From assembly GCA_021736945.1 (NCBI GenBank), contig JAIPEX010000001.1, positions 4,864 to 68,863 of the forward strand: a stretch of DNA of 64,000 bases. Reading direction: 5' to 3'. This document shows, piece after piece, positions 45,576 through 54,692 of the stretch. Under the pieces are notes generated by a model, which did no database searches, had not been told where the DNA came from, and saw only the letters and a program-made list of their open reading frames with translations. The translations under genes were made by a program, and so were the position numbers. The DNA comes from Halanaerobiales bacterium (GTDB lineage: Bacteria; Bacillota; Halanaerobiia; Halanaerobiales; M55B127). Within the stretch, counting starts at the first letter, position 1. Every line of letters starts with the position of its first letter.

Positions 45576-47909
45576 CTAGTTAATTTTCAAATAATTATTT
45601 TCTTTGTTTAAAATAATTTGTTTATTTCCATGTTTAAATTGAATATTTTCTCCTTCTAATAATTCATATTCAACAAATTCTTCTCTTACATGTACCTCCA
45701 ATAAAGAACCTTTATACTTTATTTTAAACCTATATCCATCCCACTTTGCTGGCAAATAAGGATCAAAAGATAATTTCCCATTATAATTACGCATTCCGGC
45801 AAAACCTTGAACTAGGACCATCCAATTACTACCCATACAAGCAGTATGTAGACCCTGATATGTGTTTTCATTATAGTCATCTAAATCCAACCTGGCTGTT
45901 TGGAGGAAATAATTGTAAGCATCATCATAATAACCAATTTCAGAAGCAATAATGCTATATATGGATGGTGATAACGAAGAATCATGTGTAGTTTTGGGTT
46001 CATAATAATCATAATTTCTTCTTTTTTGTTCAAGACTAAAGTTATCACCCATAAATAACATTAAAAGTATTACATCGGCCTGTTTTAATATTTTATATTT
46101 CCAGATTGTAAGCGGATGCCAATTTTGCACTAATGGTAACTCTTTAATAGGTATTGATTCAATATCAATATCTTGTTTATAAACAAAAGAATCATCTTGA
46201 GGATTAATTTCTAATTCCTCATTGTACGGTAAATACATATTTCTCCCAACTTTATTCCATTTTTTCACTTCATTCTCAGATAATTCTATTTCATCCTTTA
46301 AAGCTTCCAATAAGTTTGGAACTTCATTTTTTAATTTATTATATACTTCTACAGCATATTCCAAATTGAACTTTGCCATATAATTAGTATAACAATTGTT
46401 ATTAACAGCAGGTTTGTATTCATCAGGACCGCAAGCTTCATTTATACAAAACTTGTTATTTTTTAATTTCTCAAAATGCCCTAAACTCACCCACATACGA
46501 GCAGTTTCAAATAGTAACTCTGCTCCTTTATTATATAAAAAATTATAATCTTCTGTGGTATTAACATATTTATTGATAGCAAACGCTATATCTGCATTTA
46601 TATGATACTGAACAGTAGAACCAAGGAAATTACCTGAAGCTTCTTTACCATTAATGGTTCTCCAAGGAAATAATGCTCCATCTAATTTCATTCTATCAGC
46701 ATTTTCACGAGCTTCATCTAATATATTATATCTATAATTTAAAAGTTCCTTTGAAATTTCAGGATGACTATAATTGAAAAAAGGTATTATATATGTTTCT
46801 GTGTCCCAAAAATAGTGACCTTCATAATATTCACCAGTTAATCCTTTTGCAGGTACATTGGTATTCCCATCTTTCCCGGCAGATTGAAGAATTTGAAGTG
46901 CATTATATCTAAAGGCTTGTTGTAATTCTAAATCACCTTCAATTTTTACATCAGAATACTTCCAGTAATCTTGAAGATAATCTTTTTGTTTGCTTTTAAG
47001 ATATTCAAACCCCTCTTTGTTGATTTTTGTAAGATCTTCAAAACAATTATTCAAGATATTATTTCTTTCAATATTGCGCGATGTATAAAAGGCAGCATAT
47101 TTTTCTAGAGTATATTTTTCGCCTTCAACTACATTTAGAATAAAAGTTTCATCAATTTTTTCTTCACCAAGAGATTTATTAATACTTACCTTTTTATTTT
47201 TTATACCTCTTATATTATTAGAAACACTTCCTCCAACTACAATATTTGAATTTTTTGTTTCCATTAATAAATAAGAATAAGGATCATTAATACCTATTTT
47301 TTTTAAAGATAGTGGTTTTTTATTTCTCAAATGATGATGATTTCTCACATTACCATCAAATGCACTTACCAATTTAATATTACCATCAAAATTAAGTGGT
47401 TTTATACTATATTGAATAGCGCCTACATGTTCGTATTCAAAGGAAATTAACCGTTCAATTTCTATTTTAACTTTTTTATTACTCTTTGTAGTCCATATTA
47501 AACTTCTTTTTAATAATCCATTTTTTATATCTAATGTTCTTTTATAATCTTCAATTTGGCCCTCAATTAAATCAAATTTTTCATTATCAATAAATACATT
47601 TATTGATGTCCAATCCATTAAATTAATCATAGATTGATATTTTTTTGGTTGTTTAGGTGCAAATTCACCATAAATTATTTCTTCCTGTTCATAAATTCCA
47701 TTAATATAAAAACCAGGAGTAGTTTCATCCTCAGATCCGGTATAATCCTCCTCTAAAGTTCCTCTTAAACCCATATATCCATTGCCTAATGAAAAAATTG
47801 TTTCATTATGATGATTGTTTTCAACTTTAAATTCTTTTTCAGTGATATTCCAGGGTTCATAATCATAAAGAGGTGGTTTTTCACTTTTTAAACGATGATA
47901 AGTTAACAT
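45576..47909 (-). CDS. glycoside hydrolase family 65 disaccharide phosphorylase (kojibiose/maltose/trehalose/glucosylglycerol-phosphorylase type; substrate unknown)
   Basis: 777 aa. The N-terminal region is NETIFSLGNGYMGLRG, and the catalytic region includes EACGPDEY. The length is typical of GH65. Confidence 0.85.
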   Translation of the reverse strand: MLTYHRLKSEKPPLYDYEPWNITEKEFKVENNHHNETIFSLGNGYMGLRGTLEEDYTGSEDETTPGFYINGIYEQEEIIYGEFAPKQPKKYQSMINLMDWTSINVFIDNEKFDLIEGQIEDYKRTLDIKNGLLKRSLIWTTKSNKKVKIEIERLISFEYEHVGAIQYSIKPLNFDGNIKLVSAFDGNVRNHHHLRNKKPLSLKKIGINDPYSYLLMETKNSNIVVGGSVSNNIRGIKNKKVSINKSLGEEKIDETFILNVVEGEKYTLEKYAAFYTSRNIERNNILNNCFEDLTKINKEGFEYLKSKQKDYLQDYWKYSDVKIEGDLELQQAFRYNALQILQSAGKDGNTNVPAKGLTGEYYEGHYFWDTETYIIPFFNYSHPEISKELLNYRYNILDEARENADRMKLDGALFPWRTINGKEASGNFLGSTVQYHINADIAFAINKYVNTTEDYNFLYNKGAELLFETARMWVSLGHFEKLKNNKFCINEACGPDEYKPAVNNNCYTNYMAKFNLEYAVEVYNKLKNEVPNLLEALKDEIELSENEVKKWNKVGRNMYLPYNEELEINPQDDSFVYKQDIDIESIPIKELPLVQNWHPLTIWKYKILKQADVILLMLFMGDNFSLEQKRRNYDYYEPKTTHDSSLSPSIYSIIASEIGYYDDAYNYFLQTARLDLDDYNENTYQGLHTACMGSNWMVLVQGFAGMRNYNGKLSFDPYLPAKWDGYRFKIKYKGSLLEVHVREEFVEYELLEGENIQFKHGNKQIILNKENNYLKIN

Positions 47910-47923
47910 CAGATAACCTCCTT

Positions 47924-48397
47924 TTATACTTCATCTTTTAACATTTGGATACCTTTAGGTATTACCTTTATAATTGAGTTAAGACAATCCTTTACAAGTT
48001 TAGGTTCACTTGGTAGATTAATGATTAAACTTTCTTTGTTTATTCCAGCTCTGCCTCTAAATATACAGGCACCCGGTCTATATTCAGAAACTACTCTTCT
48101 CATCTTTTCTGGAATACCTTGAACTTCTTTTTCGATAACATCTTTAGTCGCTTCTGGTACTAGATCTTTTGGTGATAAACCTGTGCCACCACTTGTTAAT
48201 ATTAAATCAGCTTCACGATTTACACTAAGATCAAATAATTCTTCTTTAATCTTTTCATATTTATTATCTATTGATTTAAAATATACTTTCTCACCTTTTA
48301 TTTTAGAAGCTAAATTTTTAACTGTATTCCTAGTTTCTCCTTCGTTTTTTTCATCATGTTTATTATCCTTTACAGTAAGCAAAGCAACCTTTAACAA
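47924..48397 (-). CDS. MogA/MoaB-type molybdenum cofactor biosynthesis protein
   Basis: Motifs LILTSGGTGLSPKDLVPEAT and GINKESLIINLPSEP match. I prefer the TTG at 48397 (RBS AAAGGGTGA) over the track start at 48433, which overlaps the permease. Confidence 0.75.
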   Translation of the reverse strand: MLKVALLTVKDNKHDEKNEGETRNTVKNLASKIKGEKVYFKSIDNKYEKIKEELFDLSVNREADLILTSGGTGLSPKDLVPEATKDVIEKEVQGIPEKMRRVVSEYRPGACIFRGRAGINKESLIINLPSEPKLVKDCLNSIIKVIPKGIQMLKDEV

Positions 48398-48420
48398 AAT
48401 TTTCACCCTTTCTAGAAATA

Positions 48421-49428
48421 TTAGCGATTCCAACCGCTGTTTTTCTGTGAAATTAAAAGATATGCAAAAAACGGGGCTCCTAATAAAGCCGTGATAATAC
48501 TAATTGGTATTTCAGCTCCAGTTAAAGATCTTGCTATATCATCCATAATTAATAAGAAGCTTGCCCCTAATAAACCCGAAGCAGGCACCATGTAACGATG
48601 ATCAGCCCCTACAATAAATCGGGATATATGTGGAACTACTAATCCCACCCAGCTAACTTGTCCAACTGTAGCGACAGAAGAAGCAACCATTAAAGTACTA
48701 AAAAAGATCATTACTCTTCTAATTAGTTTAACATTAATTCCCATTGAAATTGCTTCTTCTTCTCCCATTGACATAACATTTAAATACCAACGAATTAAGA
48801 TTAAGATGATTATACCCACAATTATAAAGGGAGCGGCAAATTTTAATTCATCCCACCCGGTTCTGCTAAATCCTCCCATTAACCAAAATACTATACCAGG
48901 CAATTTTTCATAGGGATCAGCAACATATTTTAAAATAGATATAAATGCATTAAAAAGCGATCCTACCACTATTCCGGATAGTACCATCATCATAATCATA
49001 TTTGTTTTTCCAAGTTTTGAAATAAAATAGGTTAAAAATACTGCAATTATACCAAAAACAAAAGCAAGTAAGTATATAGAAGTAAATGATTGGAAAGAAA
49101 GAACCATACCTAAAGCTGCACCAAAACTAGCTCCTGCAGACACTCCAAGAATATCAGGGGAAACAAGTGGATTTCTGAATGTACTTTGATAACTGGCTCC
49201 TGCAATTGAAAGGGCAGCACCTACCCCCATCACTAATAAAATACGAGGAAGGCGAATTTGAAAAAATACTGTTTTTTCCATTTCATTAAGATTAAAACCA
49301 TCTATAAATTTTAAAATTGGTATATTAAATCTACCTATAAATAGAGAGAAAAACATTATAATTATTGTAATAAATCCAATTATTATTAATTTCTTTTTGT
49401 TTGCAATTTGGTTATCGAAATATTGCAT
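48421..49428 (-). CDS. FecCD/BtuC-type ABC transporter permease (type II importer)
   Basis: It has ~9-10 TM segments and family motifs LPRILLVMGVGAALSIAGASYQ and the C-terminal GAPFFAYLL. I prefer the ATG at 49428 over the track TTG at 49449. No cognate ATPase or binding protein is adjacent. Confidence 0.8.
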   Translation of the reverse strand: MQYFDNQIANKKKLIIIGFITIIIMFFSLFIGRFNIPILKFIDGFNLNEMEKTVFFQIRLPRILLVMGVGAALSIAGASYQSTFRNPLVSPDILGVSAGASFGAALGMVLSFQSFTSIYLLAFVFGIIAVFLTYFISKLGKTNMIMMMVLSGIVVGSLFNAFISILKYVADPYEKLPGIVFWLMGGFSRTGWDELKFAAPFIIVGIIILILIRWYLNVMSMGEEEAISMGINVKLIRRVMIFFSTLMVASSVATVGQVSWVGLVVPHISRFIVGADHRYMVPASGLLGASFLLIMDDIARSLTGAEIPISIITALLGAPFFAYLLISQKNSGWNR

Positions 49429-49494
49429 TTTGTACACCTTCCCAATCAAGTAAAAATATTTTCTTTTTTATAGTTTATATGATATCGATTTCAT

Positions 49495-50199
49495 TTACAA
49501 ATTTTTTCGGAGAGCAGAATATACTATTTCTCTAATATGTATTTCCAAACTATCAATTATCCTAACATCTTTGGAAGCCACTACATCTATCAAAGAAGAA
49601 AGTTCTGTACAACCTAAAATAATTGAATCTACATCTTTATGAATAAGATTATTTATAATATTATTAATATAATATCTTGAACTTAAGTTTATATTGTTAC
49701 TTATGAGTTCATTTATAATTATATCTGTTAACTCTTCTATCTCTCTGGGATCAGGAAGAATTACCTCTTGATTATAATGTTTTTCTAGTTTGGTTTTATA
49801 AAATCCATCTTCAATTGTATACTTTGTTGCCAGTAAACCAGGTCTTTTACACCACGTTCGCTTGAGCTTTTTACCTACTAAATCCACTATATTTATAATA
49901 GGTATATTTACATTTATATCAATTTCATCGTATATTTTATGTAATGAATTGGAAGTAATGACTAAAAAATCGACTCCCCCTTTTTCCATTTGAATAGCTT
50001 TAGGAATTAATATTTCAGCAATAGATTCCCAATCACCTTTTTTCTCTAATCCAATTATAGTATTAAAGTTAACAGAATGAAGAATAATTTCTGGATTAAC
50101 TTGATTATTTCTTATTTTATTAATATAGTGATTAATTTTTCTATAATATAGGGAAGTTGAATACCATCCCATCCCCCCCAAAAGTCCTATTTTTCTCAC
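49495..50199 (-). CDS. aspartate/glutamate racemase family protein
   Basis: 234 aa. It has IGLLGGMG at the N-terminus and LGCTELS (the second catalytic Cys region). The start is GTG. Confidence 0.8.
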   Translation of the reverse strand: MRKIGLLGGMGWYSTSLYYRKINHYINKIRNNQVNPEIILHSVNFNTIIGLEKKGDWESIAEILIPKAIQMEKGGVDFLVITSNSLHKIYDEIDINVNIPIINIVDLVGKKLKRTWCKRPGLLATKYTIEDGFYKTKLEKHYNQEVILPDPREIEELTDIIINELISNNINLSSRYYINNIINNLIHKDVDSIILGCTELSSLIDVVASKDVRIIDSLEIHIREIVYSALRKNL

Positions 50200-50204
50200 T
50201 TACT

Positions 50205-51434
50205 TTACCCCCTAAATTTATCTAATTTAACAGAAGTTTTATTTATACGGGACTTTTCAGCTGCTAGAGCAACAAAATGACTTTCTAAAGCTGATATCAA
50301 AGTGCTTTCATTTTTTCTTTGATTTTCATATAAAAACTGTTCAAAGGCTTCTATTAATTTTTCATCTCCTCCAGCATGTCCACCTTTATAATCTATTTCA
50401 ATTGTTTTATTATCAGACAAAAATGGTTTGACTTCTATAATACCTTGATCTAAATTCCCACTGATTTCACCATGGGTTCCAAAAATATTTATTTTTCTGG
50501 TCATCTCTTCAGAAAAAGCAGTCAAAGCAAAATGAGTACTAATTCCATTTTCATATTTCAATAATAAGGACTGCACATCCAATTGATCATTATCACTTTT
50601 ATATACACATTTACCATAATTACTTTTTCTTAAAGCCTCTATCCTTCCTTCATAACTTAAATCATCTGTTATAACTGATACTGGCCAACCTTTTTCTGAT
50701 CTAAGATATACTTTTTTTGCAGAATAAGGACAATTTTTTTCAATTTCACATTTTAAACAGCGTTCACCTGAATTTACAGGATCATTCATTTTATTAAAGT
50801 ATCGATCAGAGGACTCAGAATAAACTCTTTTCACCTTACTTTCTAAAAGCCAATAGAGTATATCTAGATCATGACAACTTTTAGCTAAAATAATAGGAGC
50901 ACCTACATTTTGATTCCTCCAATTACCTCTTACATAGCTATGAGCATAGTGAAAAAATCCAATATTCTCTATTAAATTAATAAATCTTATATCACCGATT
51001 GCATTATCACTTATTAATTCCTTTATTTTTTTAAAAAATGGAGTGTATCTCAATACATGTGATACCATTACTTTATCATTGTAAATATTATATTCATTAT
51101 TTAATATAGTTAATTCTTTAAAATCATCAGTAATTGGTTTCTCACATAACACTTTATAACCTTTTTTTAAGGCATTTGTAAGTGGAGCAAAATGTTTTTT
51201 ATCTCCTGTAGCTATTATAACAGCATCAGCTAATTTGTCTTTAAATAATAAATCCTCCCAGTCTTTGAATTGATTTTTGGGAGAAATGTTATGTTCTTGT
51301 GCAAGTTCTTCTCTTCTTGATTTTTGGGATTCTGCTACAGCTGTAATCTCTAAATTATTATTTTTTTTGATTAAATTACTATAAACATCTTTACCTCTGT
51401 TACCGGCCCCTATAACAGCAATTTTCTTGACCAT
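50205..51434 (-). CDS. Gfo/Idh/MocA family NAD(P)-dependent oxidoreductase with a Cys-rich insert
   Basis: It has the Rossmann motif IAVIGAGNRG and an EKP motif (LCEKPIT). An insert reads ERCLKCEIEKNCPYS. I prefer the ATG at 51434 (AGGAGG 9 nt upstream) over the track start at 51455. Confidence 0.75.
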   Translation of the reverse strand: MVKKIAVIGAGNRGKDVYSNLIKKNNNLEITAVAESQKSRREELAQEHNISPKNQFKDWEDLLFKDKLADAVIIATGDKKHFAPLTNALKKGYKVLCEKPITDDFKELTILNNEYNIYNDKVMVSHVLRYTPFFKKIKELISDNAIGDIRFINLIENIGFFHYAHSYVRGNWRNQNVGAPIILAKSCHDLDILYWLLESKVKRVYSESSDRYFNKMNDPVNSGERCLKCEIEKNCPYSAKKVYLRSEKGWPVSVITDDLSYEGRIEALRKSNYGKCVYKSDNDQLDVQSLLLKYENGISTHFALTAFSEEMTRKINIFGTHGEISGNLDQGIIEVKPFLSDNKTIEIDYKGGHAGGDEKLIEAFEQFLYENQRKNESTLISALESHFVALAAEKSRINKTSVKLDKFRG

Positions 51435-51502
51435 TAGTTTTGGCCTCCTATCCATCTTTCTTTTTTTATATATTCTTTAGTTAAAATATTTTTCCTGCTT
51501 CT

Positions 51503-53068
51503 TTAATGACGAAAATGTCTGGTCTTAGTTAAATACATAGCTATTCCAAGTTGATTCGCTTTTTTTATGACTGTTTCATCTCTAATAGAACCACCAGGTT
51601 GTATAATAGCTTTAATACCAAGATCAGAAGCCTTTTCGATAGCATCAGGGAAAGGGAAAAATGCATCAGACGCTACAACCGCACCCTTTTGTCTCCCCTT
51701 TGCTTTTCTTCCTGCAATAATCATTGAATCTACTCTACTCATTTGGCCAGCCCCAACTCCTACTAACATTTCATCTTTTGCCATTACAATTGCATTTGAC
51801 TTAACATGTTTAACAGCTTTCCAAGCAAACATTAAATCATTAATATATTGCTCCTCACCTTTATTATCAGTAACTAATTCAATATCTTCTTTATTGACTA
51901 ATTTTAAATCTCTATCTTGAATTAATAATCCACCAGTTACTTTTTTTAAATCATAGCCTAGTTGATTATAGTTATAGTTTAATTCTCCAGTTTTAAGTAT
52001 TCTTAGGGAATTCCATCGTTCATTTAATATTTCAACCGCTTTATTAGAAAAATCAGGGGCTGTAATCACCTCAATGAATTTTTCCCCACTTACTATTTCT
52101 TTTGCTAACGATTCATCCACTTTTCTATTTAAAGAAACAACACTTCCAAAAGCTGATAAAGGATCACCGGCATAAGCATTTTTAAAGGCAGTTATAATAT
52201 CTTCTCCAGAGGCTAATCCACATGGATTAGTGTGTTTAATAACAGCTGCCGTTGGCTTATTTGTATATTCTTTAAGTAATTCTAGCGCTCCATTTGTATC
52301 ATTTATGTTATTAAAAGACATCTTTTTCCCTTTTAATTTAACCGCATTTGTAATACTGTTTTCTTCGGCCTCGGCTTCTTTATAAAAAGCTGCAGATTGA
52401 TGAGGGTTTTCCCCATATCTTAAATCAGTGCTTTTGTAATATGGTTTTATATATACACTTGGTAATTTATTTTTTTCTTCTATATCATTAAATAAATACT
52501 CTTGTATTACTGCATCATATTCTGCAGTATGATTAAAAGCTTTATAGGCCATTTTCTTTTTAAAATTATAATCTATCGGTTTTTCATCAGAAATTTTCTG
52601 TTTTACTAATTTATAATCATTAGAATCTACCACTACAAGAACATCGGGAAAATTTTTAGCAGCCGCCCTAATCATAGTAGGTCCTCCAATATCAATATTT
52701 TCTAATACTTCTTTCATTTCTACATTCTCTTTTTTAATCGTTTCAGCAAAAGGATAAAAATTACAAACCACTAAATCGATTGTTTTTATATCTAACTCTT
52801 TTAATTCCTTCATATCTGCTTTTTTAGATCTACGAGCCAATAATCCCGCATGGATATTAGGGTGTAATGTTTTAACTCTTCCTTCCATCATTTCAGGAAA
52901 ATCTGTTACTTTTGATACACTTGTAACATTAATTCCATCTTCTCTTAATTTTTGGGCTGTCCCACCAGTTGAAATAATTTCTATATTATTTTTTTCTAAT
53001 TCTTTTGCTAAATCTACTATACCTGATTTGTCAGAAACGCTAAGTAGAGCTCTTTTTATCTCACTCAT
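51503..53068 (-). CDS. purH: bifunctional AICAR transformylase / IMP cyclohydrolase
   Basis: 521 aa. It has KRALLSVSDKSGIV (MGS-like domain) and a conserved C-terminus ...TKTRHFRH. Confidence 0.95.
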   Translation of the reverse strand: MSEIKRALLSVSDKSGIVDLAKELEKNNIEIISTGGTAQKLREDGINVTSVSKVTDFPEMMEGRVKTLHPNIHAGLLARRSKKADMKELKELDIKTIDLVVCNFYPFAETIKKENVEMKEVLENIDIGGPTMIRAAAKNFPDVLVVVDSNDYKLVKQKISDEKPIDYNFKKKMAYKAFNHTAEYDAVIQEYLFNDIEEKNKLPSVYIKPYYKSTDLRYGENPHQSAAFYKEAEAEENSITNAVKLKGKKMSFNNINDTNGALELLKEYTNKPTAAVIKHTNPCGLASGEDIITAFKNAYAGDPLSAFGSVVSLNRKVDESLAKEIVSGEKFIEVITAPDFSNKAVEILNERWNSLRILKTGELNYNYNQLGYDLKKVTGGLLIQDRDLKLVNKEDIELVTDNKGEEQYINDLMFAWKAVKHVKSNAIVMAKDEMLVGVGAGQMSRVDSMIIAGRKAKGRQKGAVVASDAFFPFPDAIEKASDLGIKAIIQPGGSIRDETVIKKANQLGIAMYLTKTRHFRH

Positions 53069-53074
53069 TTTAAC

Positions 53075-53680
53075 TCACTCCTTAATTGATACTGTTCTAT
53101 ATTTATTAATCTGAACTTTGCCCTGAGCAATTAATTCTATTGTGGCTGGTAATAATTGATGCTCATATTTTAATATCTTTTTTGACAAGCTTGCTTCATC
53201 ATCTTGTTTTTCTACTTTAACTGCTTTTTGTTTGATTATAGGACCTGCATCTACCTTGTTATTTATGTAATGAACTGTACAACCACTAATTTTAACTCCA
53301 TAATCAATTGCTTGTTTTTGTGCATGTAAACCTGGAAATGATGGTAATAAAGAAGGATGGATATTTATAATACTATCTTTAAAGCTATTTACAAATTTAG
53401 GAGATAATATTTTCATATAACCAGCCAAAACGATAAGATCAATATTATATAAATTAATAGTTTTTATTAATTTTTCTTCATATTCTTTTTCATTATATCT
53501 ATTTTCATCAATTAAATAAAATGGGATTTTATACTTTTTTGCAATTTTTAGAGCTTTTGCTTCTTTTTTATTACTTATCACACAAGTTATTTTAATATTT
53601 TTATTAGATAAATGCAATTTATCTATAATAGATTTAAGGTTACTACCTCTCCCCGAAGCTAATACTGCCAATTGAAACAA
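53075..53680 (-). CDS. purN: phosphoribosylglycinamide formyltransferase
   Basis: 201 aa. Motifs are VLASGRGSNL, INIHPSLLP and VDAGPII. The start is TTG. Confidence 0.93.
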   Translation of the reverse strand: MFQLAVLASGRGSNLKSIIDKLHLSNKNIKITCVISNKKEAKALKIAKKYKIPFYLIDENRYNEKEYEEKLIKTINLYNIDLIVLAGYMKILSPKFVNSFKDSIINIHPSLLPSFPGLHAQKQAIDYGVKISGCTVHYINNKVDAGPIIKQKAVKVEKQDDEASLSKKILKYEHQLLPATIELIAQGKVQINKYRTVSIKE

Positions 53681-53684
53681 TTTA

Positions 53685-54692
53685 TCATCCCCTCAAGATT
53701 ATTCTTTGCTTGTTTTTAGTAACAACACCTATTTCATATGGTTTTTCATCAAATCTTTTTAATTCATTTATGATAGATTGGGTATTTTCTTTTTTTACAA
53801 TTAAGACCATTCCAATCCCCATATTAAATGTTTTATACATCTCATCTTTTGCTACTTTTCCATTTTCCTTAATCTTTGTAAAAATATCAGGTGTATTAAA
53901 ACTATTAATATCTATTTCCGCAGTTAACCCTTCTGGTAATATTCTCGGAATATTTTCAACTACTCCTCCTCCAGTAATATGAGCTAAACCTTTAATTTCA
54001 TATTTATCTAGTAGGGGTAAAATAGAATCAACATAAATTTTAGTTGGCTTCATTAATATATTCATTAATTTCTCATCTATTTCAGTATTTTGATTTATAA
54101 ATATTTTTCTTACAAGAGAATATCCATTACTATGGATACCATTTGATCCTAAACCAATTATTCTATCACCGGGTTTGATTTCAGAACCATCTATTATTTT
54201 GTTTTTATCTACTAGGCCCACACAAAAACCAGCTATATCGTATTCATTATTTTTATAAAAATCAGGCATTTCAGCCGTTTCACCGCCTAATAAAGCACAT
54301 GAAGATTCACGACATCCTTCCGCTATCCCGACAATTATATCTTTATATTGTTTAATGGATAATTTCCCAGTAGCAATATAATCAAGAAAAAATAAAGGCT
54401 TAGCTCCTAAAGTAATAAGATCATTTACATTCATCGCTACTAGATCAATTCCAATTGTTTTGTGCATTCCACTTAAAAATGCTAGTTTTAGTTTTGTCCC
54501 CACTCCATCTGCTGCAGCTGCCAAGACTGGATTTTCATAATTTTTTAAATCTAAATTAAAAAGTCCTCCAAAACTACCCAATTCTGTAATGACATTCGGA
54601 TTATAGGTAGACATTGCTATATCTTTTATTTCTTCTACAGCTTTCTTCCCTTTATCTATATCTACCCCTGTATCCTTATATGAGAGTCCCAT
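53685..54692 (-). CDS. purM: phosphoribosylformylglycinamidine cyclo-ligase (AIR synthetase)
   Basis: The start is set at [15 protein letters not shown] (ATG at 54692, RBS AAGGAGG). The track's 35-aa extension overlaps purF and looks non-coding. Confidence 0.93.
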   Translation of the reverse strand: MGLSYKDTGVDIDKGKKAVEEIKDIAMSTYNPNVITELGSFGGLFNLDLKNYENPVLAAAADGVGTKLKLAFLSGMHKTIGIDLVAMNVNDLITLGAKPLFFLDYIATGKLSIKQYKDIIVGIAEGCRESSCALLGGETAEMPDFYKNNEYDIAGFCVGLVDKNKIIDGSEIKPGDRIIGLGSNGIHSNGYSLVRKIFINQNTEIDEKLMNILMKPTKIYVDSILPLLDKYEIKGLAHITGGGVVENIPRILPEGLTAEIDINSFNTPDIFTKIKENGKVAKDEMYKTFNMGIGMVLIVKKENTQSIINELKRFDEKPYEIGVVTKNKQRIILRG

